Source: Octopus vulgaris (taxonomy: Eukaryota). Taken from it: 64,000 bases of DNA. Below are positions 27,252 to 38,540 of the stretch, one piece after another. The notes under the pieces are model-generated. The model searched no databases. It was not told the DNA's origin and saw only the letters and a program-made list of their open reading frames with translations. The stretch lies in NCBI GenBank assembly GCA_951406725.2, contig OX597831.1, positions 1,426,001-1,490,000 of the forward strand. Reading direction: 5' to 3'. Position 1 is the stretch's first letter, and every line of letters starts with the position of its first letter. The position numbers and the translations under genes were made by a program.

Positions 27252-27917
27252 CAGTTGAGAATCCCTTATACAAAATTCCTGGGACTAAAAGTGTACAGGT
27301 TTATGATGCTTTAGGATTTCAGAGTATTTTCATATCTGGATCTATAAAATGGGACAGCTTGGGGATGGGACCCAAGTCTAAACACAGTATCCATTTACAT
27401 TTCAATATACAGCATGTACATATACCCAGAATGTAGAATTATATAGATCTTTAATTATTTTTTAAAACATACCTTCAGAAAGGTAAGATGTCAGTCTCCA
27501 CCTACAATGTCATGTTTTGATTAAAAGGTTACGGTACACCATTTGTATTTTATTTTTTACTATACAGGCATTAGATTTTATGTGAAGTTTAAAGACAAAA
27601 CAGTGAACATGATTGCAGGTAAATAAAATGAAAACTGAAAGAAGTCAGCCTTTTATTTTAAAGTAATGTACAAGTAATGATGCTTGTCATGTTACACTCA
27701 TACATGGAAGTGAAATTCAGATCCGTAAAAATAGCATTTGTGTTTACTGTACGAAAAAAAACAAACAAGAAAACATGATGATCACTTCTTACAAACTCAT
27801 GTCATAACAGCACACAACAGCCGTACTTTGTGGAATTTTCCATTTGTGGCATGTTATGTCAGCATTCAAAAAACTTTCAGATTTTGGTGGTTTTGGGATA
27901 AAAGATTTTCAATCATA
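27252..27917 (+). mobile_element. Non-autonomous pogo/Tigger DNA transposon resembling mammalian Tigger4 (Zombi)/MER46
   Basis: 5' cagttgagaatcccttatacaaaattcctgggactaaaagtgt; internal cttggggatgggacccaagtctaaacac and cagtctccacctacaatgtcatgttttgattaaaaggttac; 3' gtggaattttccatttgtggcatg...cagattttgg...gataaaagattttcaatcaTA. These match my recollection of the Tigger4/MER46 consensus. Confidence 0.7.
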
Positions 27918-27932
27918 CTTACAATCCTCAAG

Positions 27933-27965
<33 letters not shown>

Positions 27966-28789
27966 TAGGAGCAAAATAGTGCTTAATGTAAAATCCTCTT
28001 TTACATTCTGACTTCTTCTCACAACCTGCAACTCACACAATATGCAAAGAACTTTATCACTCTCATCAGCAACACTATATAGTTCAGTCTACCAATCTTG
28101 AGAATTTTTTCCACTTCTTTCAGATAATTTGAATTTTTTATCTGCAATTAATGTCATTATCTTTGGGTTTAGAAAATAAAACTTTTTTAGAATTGGAAAA
28201 AAATGCAAAAAAAGAACTTGCCTAAAATCATGTGCTTGTCATATCATGTTAACCTATGTGAGCAGTCAATGAAGAATTGCTAATTCGTTAATTTGTAAGT
28301 GACTGTTAATTTCTGCAGCGTTGTAATGTAAAGTGTTATATCATTAGCTATCACTAAAAAAATACAATTTTTTTTTAAGACTGATATGTTAAACTTTAAA
28401 TTTTTCTGTTAAATTTAGCAGGGAAATTTATTTTACAAATCTTTCATATCTCCCCAGAAAACCTGCAGCATTGCACTGTTGGCATGTATGTCATAGGTTT
28501 GCAATCATATATTTTACTGTTGTTTCTAGCAGATCGAGCAACTGTGTCATACCTGTTTTCTTGGATTATTTAGTGACTTAGCCAAGCAGAGTATTGTTAT
28601 CTTTGGTTACTTTTTCTATTGATATTTAGTAATGTAAAATAGTTCATCTGGTTATGATGTATAGAGAAAAGAATTACTCCTGCCAAAAACGTGAATAAAT
28701 TATAAATTAACTAACTAAAATTTAAATCAATGTCTAAAAAAGATGTTAGAGATCACATAATAATTACTTTTTATAGTTGCTGACACTTG

Positions 28790-29368
28790 AACTTCTTGGA
28801 AAAGAGATATAACACCATTTCAGAGACTGAGCTTACATTTTCAGCTCATAATGATACACCCACATTTCCAGTTGATCAGAGCATACTTCCTCCCTTCTAT
28901 TCTGCAAATTGGATGCCAACTGCTCAGGTGCTCATTTTGCAAGCACTTTCCAATACCTTCTGTAGTGAATTGTGACCACAGCCAATTTGTGCTTCAAACT
29001 CACAAATTGTGATTTGTTTGTCAGCTCCCTCACTGGTGATTTATGTCAGTAGTCTTCCATTATGCAGTTTGTCACCAATGCTGGTTTCCCCTTTTCTTCG
29101 CTTAACCATCTGTGCATATTGCTTATCAATGTTGTCATCTCCATAAATAACTTGTAGCTGTCTGTGAATACCAGACATTCTGCACCCCTCTTTTGTCAAG
29201 AACGCAATGATGGTACATTGCTTCTGATTGGAATCTACTGTTTGCCTACAATGAGGTGGTACAGAAAGAAGAGTTTCTATAGAGGGAGAGTTATTTTTCC
29301 AACATGTGCAATTGGAATGATTTGTGGCAGTGGTAAAAATGCTGTGTCCACTTATACAACCCCCATAT
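28790..29368 (-). pseudogene. Mariner transposase 5' remnant (HTH region)
   Basis: KQCTIIAFLTKEGCRMSGIHRQLQVIYGDDNID...GETSIGDKLHNGRLLT, then GYWKVLAK*APEQL (decayed WVPHEL motif); TIR-like end near 29368. Confidence 0.75.
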
Positions 29369-30399
29369 ATGTGTGTGTGCATGTGGTGTATATATGTGTA
29401 TGTGTATACACACATACACACACACATATAAGCACATATGACTACATTATCCAATGTATACTTACCTTTTTTTTTAAGACATTAGGCTTTGATCTGAAGG
29501 TGATTTGGCTGCTATTCCTAACAGATGAAAAGACTATGTAGAGCCTCCCTATTAGAACTCTTGGCACATATGGTTTGGACAAGCAAGTGAGTACTGTTAG
29601 GATAAATAAAAACAAATTACAGTCGGCCAATTCTCTTAATAACAACTGTCTTAACAGAAAATCAACTTAATAGTTTAGTGCCAAGCCAGTTATCAGGAAG
29701 GGCAGTGAACCATAGCTGAAGAATGTCAACAGTAACAATAGCAACAACAATATGGAAATGGTTCAAACAAGCCTGTCTTCTCAAACTCATAAAAGCATGG
29801 AGAAGGAAAATGGACACAGGTTATAAAGCTTACTTTATAATCAGCTTTCAAGAAAAACTGCATCTCTTTTGAATATAATCTATTTAGGCATTATTTTGAA
29901 AGAAATTGTTGTTGTTGTGTCTGTGGTTGCTGTAGTTATTGTTATCTCTGTGGTTAGTAAGCGTAGTGATAAAGAAAGGACATTGAAATAAGTTATCAGC
30001 ATGAAATTTACTTATAGTTTGCCATACAATTTTCACTTCTCTTTTGTTTTGTTCAGAAGAGGAGGATTGTTTTCCTTGTCTCTTGTAATTTTTTTCTTCT
30101 TTCTTTTCTTTTCTTTTCTTTTTTTTTTTATCTTAGTTGTAGTGTTGTCACAGTTGTAGCTATAGTACTATCAGTTAAAGAAACTACCAACAACATGGGA
30201 TTTCTATTTCTTAGTCGCGTAATAGGATTACTAAACATTGGAGATTGTGAGGGAGGTTTCAAGTTTAAAAACTTATGTTCAAATTTTAAGCCATCTACAT
30301 ACAAGCTGTGTATGTATGTATGTAGGTAGGTAGATAGGTAGGTAGGTCATATGCTTGCATATGTGTTTACTCAGATAAGTATATAAATCATAAAAATGT

Positions 30400-30473
30400 C
30401 AGACACAAATACACATGCATATATACATATATATATATTTATATGTATATATATATATATGTGTGTGTGTATG

Positions 30474-30506
<33 letters not shown>

Positions 30507-30927
30507 GTATATATATGTGTGTATATATATGTGTGTATATATGTGTGTATATATGTGTGTATATATATGTGTGTGTATATATATATATATATATGTGTGT
30601 GTATATATATGTGTGTATATATATGTGTATGTATGTATGTATGTATGTATGTATGTATGTATGTATGTATGTATGTATGTATATATATATATGTATGTAT
30701 GTATATATATATATGTATGTATATATATATATGTATGTATATATATATATATGTATGTCTGCATATGTATGTAAGTATATATATATATATGTATATATAT
30801 ATGTATGTAAGTATATATATATATGTATATATATATAAGTATATATATGTATATATATATATGTATGTAAGTATGTATGTATATGTATATATATATATGT
30901 ATGTAAGTATGTATATATATGTATATG

Positions 30928-30982
<55 letters not shown>
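30400..30982. repeat. Compound (TA)/(TG)/(TATG) microsatellite, ~580 bp
   Basis: Directly visible; the source of the multiple Y/I/H/T-rich pseudo-ORFs. Confidence 0.95.
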
Positions 30983-30983
30983 A

Positions 30984-31255
30984 AGGAGCACTCCATCGGC
31001 TACGACAATGAGGGTCCCAGCTGATATGATCAACGAAACAGCCTGTTTGTGAAATTAACGTGCAAGTGACTGAGCAATCCACAGACTTGCGAACTCCTAA
31101 CGTAGTTCTCAGGAAGATTCAGCATGACACAGAGTGTGATAATTCTGGCCCTTTGAAATAAAGTGTCTTGCTCAAGGACACAATGCGTCACTGGGAATTG
31201 AACTCATGACCTTACAATCGTGAGCCAAATGCCCTAACCACTAAGCCACGTGCCT
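30984..31255 (-). mobile_element. tRNA-derived CORE-like SINE inserted in (TA)n
   Basis: Minus strand: ggcacgtggcttagtggttagggc (A box), gagttcaattccc (B box), gtgtccttgagcaagacactt (CORE-like motif). A related decayed copy lies at ~18625-18905(-). Confidence 0.75.
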
Positions 31256-31336
31256 TATATATATATAAATATAAGCTGAACTTACATCCAAGTTGAGGAG
31301 GCCTTTTTAATATTTTTATAACTAATATCCAATGTC

Positions 31337-31960
31337 TTAACCCTTTCATATTCAACCAGCCTAGTATCACCTATCCTCACAGAGTAACCATAGTGCTCGA
31401 GACTTCATACTTTTACCTATTCATATTTAAATCAGAATATTGACATGAATATTTATTACTGTATTAGTGATGCAGTTTCACATGATAAACATTTGTTCCA
31501 CTCAAGACATCATATTTAAACACATTTTGTGTTTTCCAAATTTTGGGGAAAAAATATTCCCCCAAATCCTTTTTTGTTTTTCCCTCATTTCTATTGCATG
31601 TAGCCTTTTTTTTAAAAACAAAAATTATTTAAAATTGTATAGTAATGACCACTCTGAGTTTGAATGCTGTATGAAGACGCCAACAAAAAAGCTACTTAAA
31701 GCATAAGACTTGATGGACTGGATACTTCAAACAATATTGGACAGTGGTAGTGATGGTAATGAAAGCAATGATTTGAAAGAGAAGAGTGAAAGGGAATTTT
31801 TTTTGTTTTTTCAATATTTCATGTCCAAAATTTTCAGAATGAATCAGACCCAGTCATTATCTTGACTTGAAACCCATTGATTATTTATTAACTTTCATTT
31901 ATCTGAATTGAAATGTCCCATATAATAATGGTTGAGCCTAACCACCATGTAAAAGGTAAA
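31337..31960 (+). mobile_element. Possible piggyBac internal-deletion derivative
   Basis: TTAA|CCCTTTCATAT left end and decayed catgtaaaaggtaaa right end; internal acidic peptide ILQTILDSGSDGNESNDL typical of piggyBac transposase N-termini. Confidence 0.4.
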
Positions 31961-34695
31961 CAGAGTGGAGTGGAAAAAGGATAGGCTGGACCAAATTAGT
32001 GTATTTTTGCCATAGATGTAATAATCAGCATTTAGTAATTGGCTCATAGTTCATGTTATTTGACTATATTTAATCCTTTGTCACTCAGATTGCTCAGCCA
32101 AATTTATTACATCATTTTGAATTAATTATAAATTATCTCTTGTAGCCTTGAGGACATTGTAATGTAGGTGTGAAAGGCTGGATATGGCCAGCTTGAACTT
32201 AAAACAGGTAGAATATTAATATTTCAGCTAGATATGGCCTATTTAAATGTTAAAGAGTTTAACTTTACATAACATATTTTACCTGTACTTAGTTATGAAA
32301 CAAATTCCCTAATACATTTATAGAATTTAGGTGTTTTGTTATATTCTAAACAATATTATTAGTCAATAAAAAAAGGTAAAGTTGTTTTATAAAGCCACTT
32401 TTATTTCACAACTACTTGAGAATTTAATTAAAACACACAGAGATGTACTTTAGTAAGAAATATCATAGTGAAAAATCACTTTTACAGTCAACATTGACAT
32501 TCTTGCAGCTAACCAGTGCTCTCTCTCTCTCCCTCTAACCTTCAACTTTTTTATATCTCTCTACTTTCCTTCTCAAGTTGTATAGGATATCATTTCCCAT
32601 TAGTGTTACTTCCACACATCTTGTCTTAATGCTGTCTCGTAGCTGTAAAGCCTTTATTTGTATGTCATTTTTACATATGTACCAACTGTGTCATTTGTTT
32701 TTCTCACCATCCCTTACATTTACTCTCTTATTCCCAGCAGCTTTTCGTTGTTGACACCACCAAAACGAACAATCTTACACAAAAGGCACTAAATTATTAT
32801 CATCTTTGGACAATAACTGATGAGGGAAGAACATGTCCACTTCTTGTGTGTGAATTTTCCATGTGTTCCTTTGTTATGCATCTTTGCAATTTTTTAATCT
32901 TATATGTATGTGTGTGTAACCTGTTGAATGCAAAGATGATGAGTAGGTGACATTTTAGTGTTTCTCCTTACTTAAATAATTTTGAGTCAATCATAGACCA
33001 GAAATTTGGTGGCCATTTTGGTATATATAAGACAAAACTCAAATGTGTGTTCTCTTTCCTTGCTCTAGGCAGTTGACTGGCATGAATAAGCTGTTTTACC
33101 TCTCTCTCTCTCCTCCTCATCCTCCTCCTCCTTCAGCCAGTATTAACTCTTTTTTTTTTTGTTTTATTAGAACAGATTTGGCTACCTCAAATCATGAGAC
33201 ATTTGGCTGAATTGAAAATTATTTGCCAATTGTTATTTCTACCACTTTAAAAATATGTGCAATCTGCTTTTTTTCCTTTTTATTCTTCGTCTTATCTGCT
33301 TCAACACATATTTAACTTTACAAACAAGAAAATACATATGAATATTTTTTCCAAAACATTACTCAATTGATTTTATACCTTTGTCCATACATTTTCCATA
33401 ATACTTTTTCTACTACATAAATTATCTAATTGGCTAATGTATGTAAATTCACACAGCACATTGTGTGTGCCCAAATTTTTTATTAATATTATATAATGAA
33501 AGTTTTTTTTTTTCAGTGTATTAATGTTGTATTTTTAACCCACATTCACTAAGTATGTGCCATCTAACAACTATTGAATTATTGTGCCAACAAGACCAGC
33601 AGAGGTCTGTTTTTCTGTTGGTATGTAGAAAATAAGGGAAAAATTATATATTATTCTTGCTATCTCTATAACCATTCCTTTTAACTTTCAATACACACAT
33701 ATATGTCCTATTTGCAGATATTCCTGCTTATTATTAAATAATAAAACATGTATATAGCGTGTTGAAGTTCTTTTTTTTTTTCTTTTGTGCCTCTCTGTGA
33801 GTGTTTGTGTGTCATTATCATCGTTTAATGCCTTTTTTTTTCTTTTCCATGTTGGAATGGATTGGATGGGTTTGATCTGAACAGATGAGCCAAAGTGCTG
33901 TGTCAAGTTCTTATGTCTACTTTGGCGTGGTTTCTACAACTGGATGCCCTTCATAATGCCGACCATTTCACAAAGTGTAGTGGGTGTTTTCTTGTGATAT
34001 TAGCACTGCTGAGGTCTCAAAAAAACTTGTAAGACAAGACCCTCTCAGCTGAATTGGGCATAAGATACAAGGGTGTAGCTGTTTCTGATTTTAACTTCAT
34101 GCAACTTTGAGTTGACGTATGCTTTATGGGTGGAATTTGATTGATGGAAACTGCATGGAAACTTGTTACATACATGTGTGTGCATATGTTTGTGGGTGAG
34201 AGAGTGTGAGTGCATGTGTTCATGTTTGCTTGTGTACATATATATCTTTCACCAAAGCTTATCAACAAAAAATTTAATCATCATTGGGGTAACTGAAAAC
34301 TGATGATCTCCTCCCCCCCCCCCCAAAAAAAAGAGAAAACATTCTACCCTGCAGTATTTATTTCAACCTATTAGACAATCCCCCCATCTCTGTTAACTAC
34401 CATAGTTCTTTGAACATGTGATTGGTTCATTGGAAACCTATAACCAATGTGTCTATTATTCACCTTTTGCAATGTAAAATGAGATAAATAAAAAAAATAG
34501 GCATACCAGCATAGAAGAAGGACAGATGATGATGATGATGATATGTTTGTGTGTATTTGTATATTGCTATAAATATGCTTTGTTAAAGTGATTGTTAAAT
34601 ACATCAATATGGTTTGTAAATAGCTGATGGCATCTATTGCTGCATCTGCCTGACCTCTCCTTCTTGACCTTTTCTATTTGTTCTCTATTTTACAG

Positions 34696-34770
34696 CACAA
34701 TAACACTGTAAACCAAATCAGTATTGATGATAGTGGGGACTACATTGCCAGCTGTTCTGATGATGGACAT
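34696..34770 (+). CDS. VPS41: VPS41 next internal coding exon
   Basis: Polypyrimidine tract plus tttacag| acceptor and |gtaagt donor at 34771; 75 nt, phase 0, in frame with the previous exon. Translates HNNTVNQISIDDSGDYIASCSDDGH, matching VPS41 (human, as recalled: ...INQISLDESGEHMGVCSEDGK). Confidence 0.9.
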
Positions 34771-36169
34771 GTAAGTATCTGTATCTTTCTATATACAAAC
34801 CCATACCCTACTGAATCTCACGCACTCTGTAATAAGTTTACAGCTCAGTGTACTGTTTCACTGTACTGTATTTCTTCTCTCACTCCACTATGTTACTGCT
34901 CTTCACTGTGTCACATCTCTCACTTCATCACTCTGTTGTGTTGCTTCTCTGAGGCTAAAGAGTCACCTGCAACACTTTCTGAGTTAGCTATAACTCTTCC
35001 ACCTCTGTGACTGTGTAGAACTGTGCTGAGACTTTTCGCCCTCAATATCATCTCTCTCTCTCGACAGTGTTCACCAATGCACTTACATCATTTAGTGTTC
35101 TAAACAGAATCATTTACTGCATCCACCATTTACCCACCTCTTGCTAGCCATCACTCTCTCAACCTTATCCCCTCCAGTGCTGGTGCCATGAAAAATGTAC
35201 CCAGTACATAGTGTAAAGTAGTTGGTGTTAAGAAAGGAATCTAGTCATAGAAGTCAAGCCAAAAATGAAACTTATGAGTGAGATGTGGTTCTTCAACCAC
35301 TCTGGGAAACTAGCAATGCTCTGTCCATCCCATGCTACCATTGAGAGCAGGCATAAAATCATGACAATGCTGCTTCTACTGCCAAAACTGGTTGTACTGA
35401 CAGGGAGTTATAATTCTAAGTATTGTGTTATTTCATTTTGTCAGTGCTGTTTAGGCTTTTGTATTGTAACTCCATTCACATCTACAATTTGTTTATAAAT
35501 ATCAATCAACCCAATACTTGTGCTTTGTTTCTTTGATGCCAGAAGGGTGAAAAGCAAAGTTGAACTGTGCAGGATTTGAACTCACAATGTAAAGGAAGGG
35601 CTGTAACTGTATAATGCAAGTCATTTGTCCAATGTGTTAATGATTCTGGTAATTTAAGTTTTAAGATTTGGCCTTGTCAAAAGATGAAGGTCAATACCAG
35701 TGACCTTCTGAAGAGCCTATGAGGTGGAGGGGAAATTGTGGTTGTGAGGTTGGGGGTGGGGTAAAAGAATAAGGGAGAACCCATGACAAGTATTGTTAGA
35801 GTAAACTTGTAACCTTATTGATAAAAGGCTTCCCAGTGATGACTATCATGCTCTTTTTCCTCGTCAGTATTATCTACATTTTTAAGAAACTAAAGTGTAA
35901 TCTGAGTGAAATTTGGTTGTTATTTCTAGCGTCTAGAATAACAACATAGAAACTCTTTCATTTATTACTGTAGCAGAAAGTAGTGTCAAGTAACAGAGTT
36001 ATCTCCAGACCAGAGACTTGGACTGAATTATTTTAACCTCTAGTTCTCCAATATAACTGCTTTTCACTCACCTTATTTTCAAATCTTGGATTATTCAATT
36101 ATTCCTTTTTCTTTTATATGTATGTGCTTGTGTGTGCATGCATGCGTGTGCACTATTATTATTCATATT

Positions 36170-36361
36170 AATATCATTATTATTATGTACTTTTCCACCA
36201 TCTTGTTGTTGTTATTGTTATTATTGCCATTGGTGGTATTATTATTATTATCATTATTATTATTATTATTATTATCATTATTATTATTATTATTATCATT
36301 ATTATTATTATTATTATTGTTATTATTATTATTGTTATTATTATTATTGTTATTATTATTA

Positions 36362-36413
<52 letters not shown>

Positions 36414-36465
36414 CATTATTATTATTATCATTATTATTATTATTATCATTATTATTATTATTATC
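36170..36465. repeat. (TTA)n/(TTG)/(TCA) trinucleotide microsatellite
   Basis: Directly visible; produces the poly-L/Y/I pseudo-ORFs. Confidence 0.95.
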
Positions 36466-36676
36466 AGCAGCAGCATCATCGTTCTAAATGTTCTTTTCAA
36501 GTTATTTCTAGTATGTCAATCGAGAACAACATTTTCAGCTTAATCTAATAAAGGATATTTAGTTTTGAAGAAGTGAGGGACAAACACTTAAAAATACAAA
36601 ATATGACTGAGTAATTTTATATGCATAAAAAATTTACATGTGGGTGTGTGTGCATATATACATACACACACACACA

Positions 36677-36711
<35 letters not shown>

Positions 36712-36735
36712 TACATATACACATCACACATTTAC

Positions 36736-36777
<42 letters not shown>

Positions 36778-37525
36778 TACATATACACATCACACATTTA
36801 CTCACTATATATATATATGCATACACACACATATATACACACGCACACATATACAAATGAACACACACATGCCCACATACTATATATCAACATTATCATC
36901 ATCATCATCATTATTAACTCTGTTTTCAATACTGGTATAGGTTGTATGGTTCACCAGGGTCTAACAAACCAGAGGACAACGCACATATAGATGTGCATTT
37001 GTGTAAATGCACATACCTTGCCATCATCATCACGTTATATCTGATTTCCCACAAAGATATGGGTTGTATGTGTCTTACAGTTTCCATTATCTTGTACATA
37101 CAAAAACAGCGTAAACTATCCAACTCTGTCCTTGTATCCATCTTACAACATAAACACTAGAGTGGTTATTATCCTTTGAGGAGTACTCATGAATACTCTC
37201 TATTTTGTCTCAGCTCCCATTCTGAGTTACTGCCTTCCTGGACGGTGTGTAGTGTGTCTTGCAGAGTCATTTTGATGTAGCTGTTATACGGCTGTAAAGC
37301 ACTTCCAATCTCCAATTACTGTACAGAGTTTACTAGGTGTATTTTATTATGCCACATGTGCTAAAGTGGTTGTCCCATGTGCAAAGGACTAAAGTGTCCT
37401 TTATACCATGAGTTGGTCTTCAAAATGAGATGAATGGGCACAATTGTTTGGATGCTGGCAATTTGGTATGGCTGACTGGACATCGAACGTATTTCAGCGA
37501 CAGAGTAGTTCTTGGCACTAGAGGT

Positions 37526-37556
<31 letters not shown>

Positions 37557-38398
37557 TATATGCATGTGTACTTCGAATTATACACATACAGAGAGAGAGA
37601 GAATGAGAGACATTACAATTCATTAATTGAACACAATTTATAAAAACACTTTCCCACTTCTCATACGCATGAAGAGAAATATAACTCACACACATAAACA
37701 GAGAGAAAGCGAGAGAGAGAGAGAGAATATTAAAACATCTGATGTCAAATGAGTCAGTGTCAGATCAACAACATCAAATAGGCAGAGGCCAAAACGGCTG
37801 TGTCAAAAACCAGGTTTCATAGAAAGGATGACAGCACCAAGACTCCCTGCAGTTTGCTGAGTTTGAGAAGAAACATCAAGCTAAGTAGAATCAAGGCTGT
37901 CCTTACATACATGCATGTCCCATGCATCCCTCTCCATCTGAGCGTTCCTAATCTTGTGGACCCATAGGTGCTGATGCCACATAAGCACACTCTTACCAGT
38001 GCTGTGTAATAGCACCCCGTACTCTCTGTAAAGTGGCTGGTGTTAGGAAGGGCATCTGGCCATAGAAACCCTGACAAAACAGGCATGGAGCCCAGACAGC
38101 TCTCCAGCAGTCCAGCTCCTATCAAACCATCCAATCCATGCCAGTATGGAAAATGGACTTTAAATGATGATGATGATTCTTGTGTGGAGTTACTGTGCTT
38201 CGAGGAAGGTAGCCTTTGATGGAGCATATAGAGTCTATATCTCATGCATCCATTCCATGTTTGGCATGGTTTCTGTGGCTATGTAACCTAAATGCACATG
38301 TAAGTACATTCATTGTGTATCTGTGTTGTCCCGTTATATATGTGGTTGTGTTATATATGCATTTGTCCTTTATTACACACATTTCAGGGTTATATATG

Positions 38399-38434
<36 letters not shown>

Positions 38435-38509
38435 GTATATGTGTGTACTATATAATATTTGTGTGTGTGTTTGTTCTGTATTATATATGCATGTCTGTAC
38501 ATGCGTGCA

Positions 38510-38540
<31 letters not shown>

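Larger units (their letters stand above)
24668..28150 (-). pseudogene. Fragmented hAT (Charlie/Buster/SPIN-like, GTF2IRD2/ZBED8-type) transposase split by nested insertions
   Basis: Minus-strand segments in the correct order: BED-finger-like KKFSQDW*TELYSVADESDKVLCILCE (~28150-27990); FENFPNRGIIVKCVNKLAINGNTIK (~26700); CxxH motif GHLLVSFHCIIHQE (~26300-26250); FSSRF..KYPD..FGWLDLRDLKMQLIDF (~25420-25040); C-terminal ..KRNKIVDD.. (~24800). Many stops and frameshifts. Confidence 0.75.
1156..34695 (+). other. VPS41: 33,540-bp GT-AG intron of VPS41
   Basis: Lies between two in-frame exons whose peptides are contiguous in the VPS41 protein; no intervening VPS41-like exon found by eye. Confidence 0.8.

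Noticed and set aside
30371-31052. Longest ORFs in the track (220 and 218 aa) and similar Y/I/H/T/C/V-rich ORFs (e.g. 47512-48047, 36617-36990, 38242-38662)
   Set aside because: Translations of (TA)/(TG)/(TATG) microsatellites, which lack stop codons by composition.
34678-35010. 110-aa ORF as a standalone gene
   Set aside because: Only 34696-34770 is VPS41-like and bounded by splice sites; the rest is intron read-through.
37361-37525. Possible nested exon (KWLSHVQRTKVSFIP*VGLQ...)
   Set aside because: Contains an in-frame stop and resembles the RWLGHVxR motif of LINE ORF2 C-termini; too short to list as a feature.
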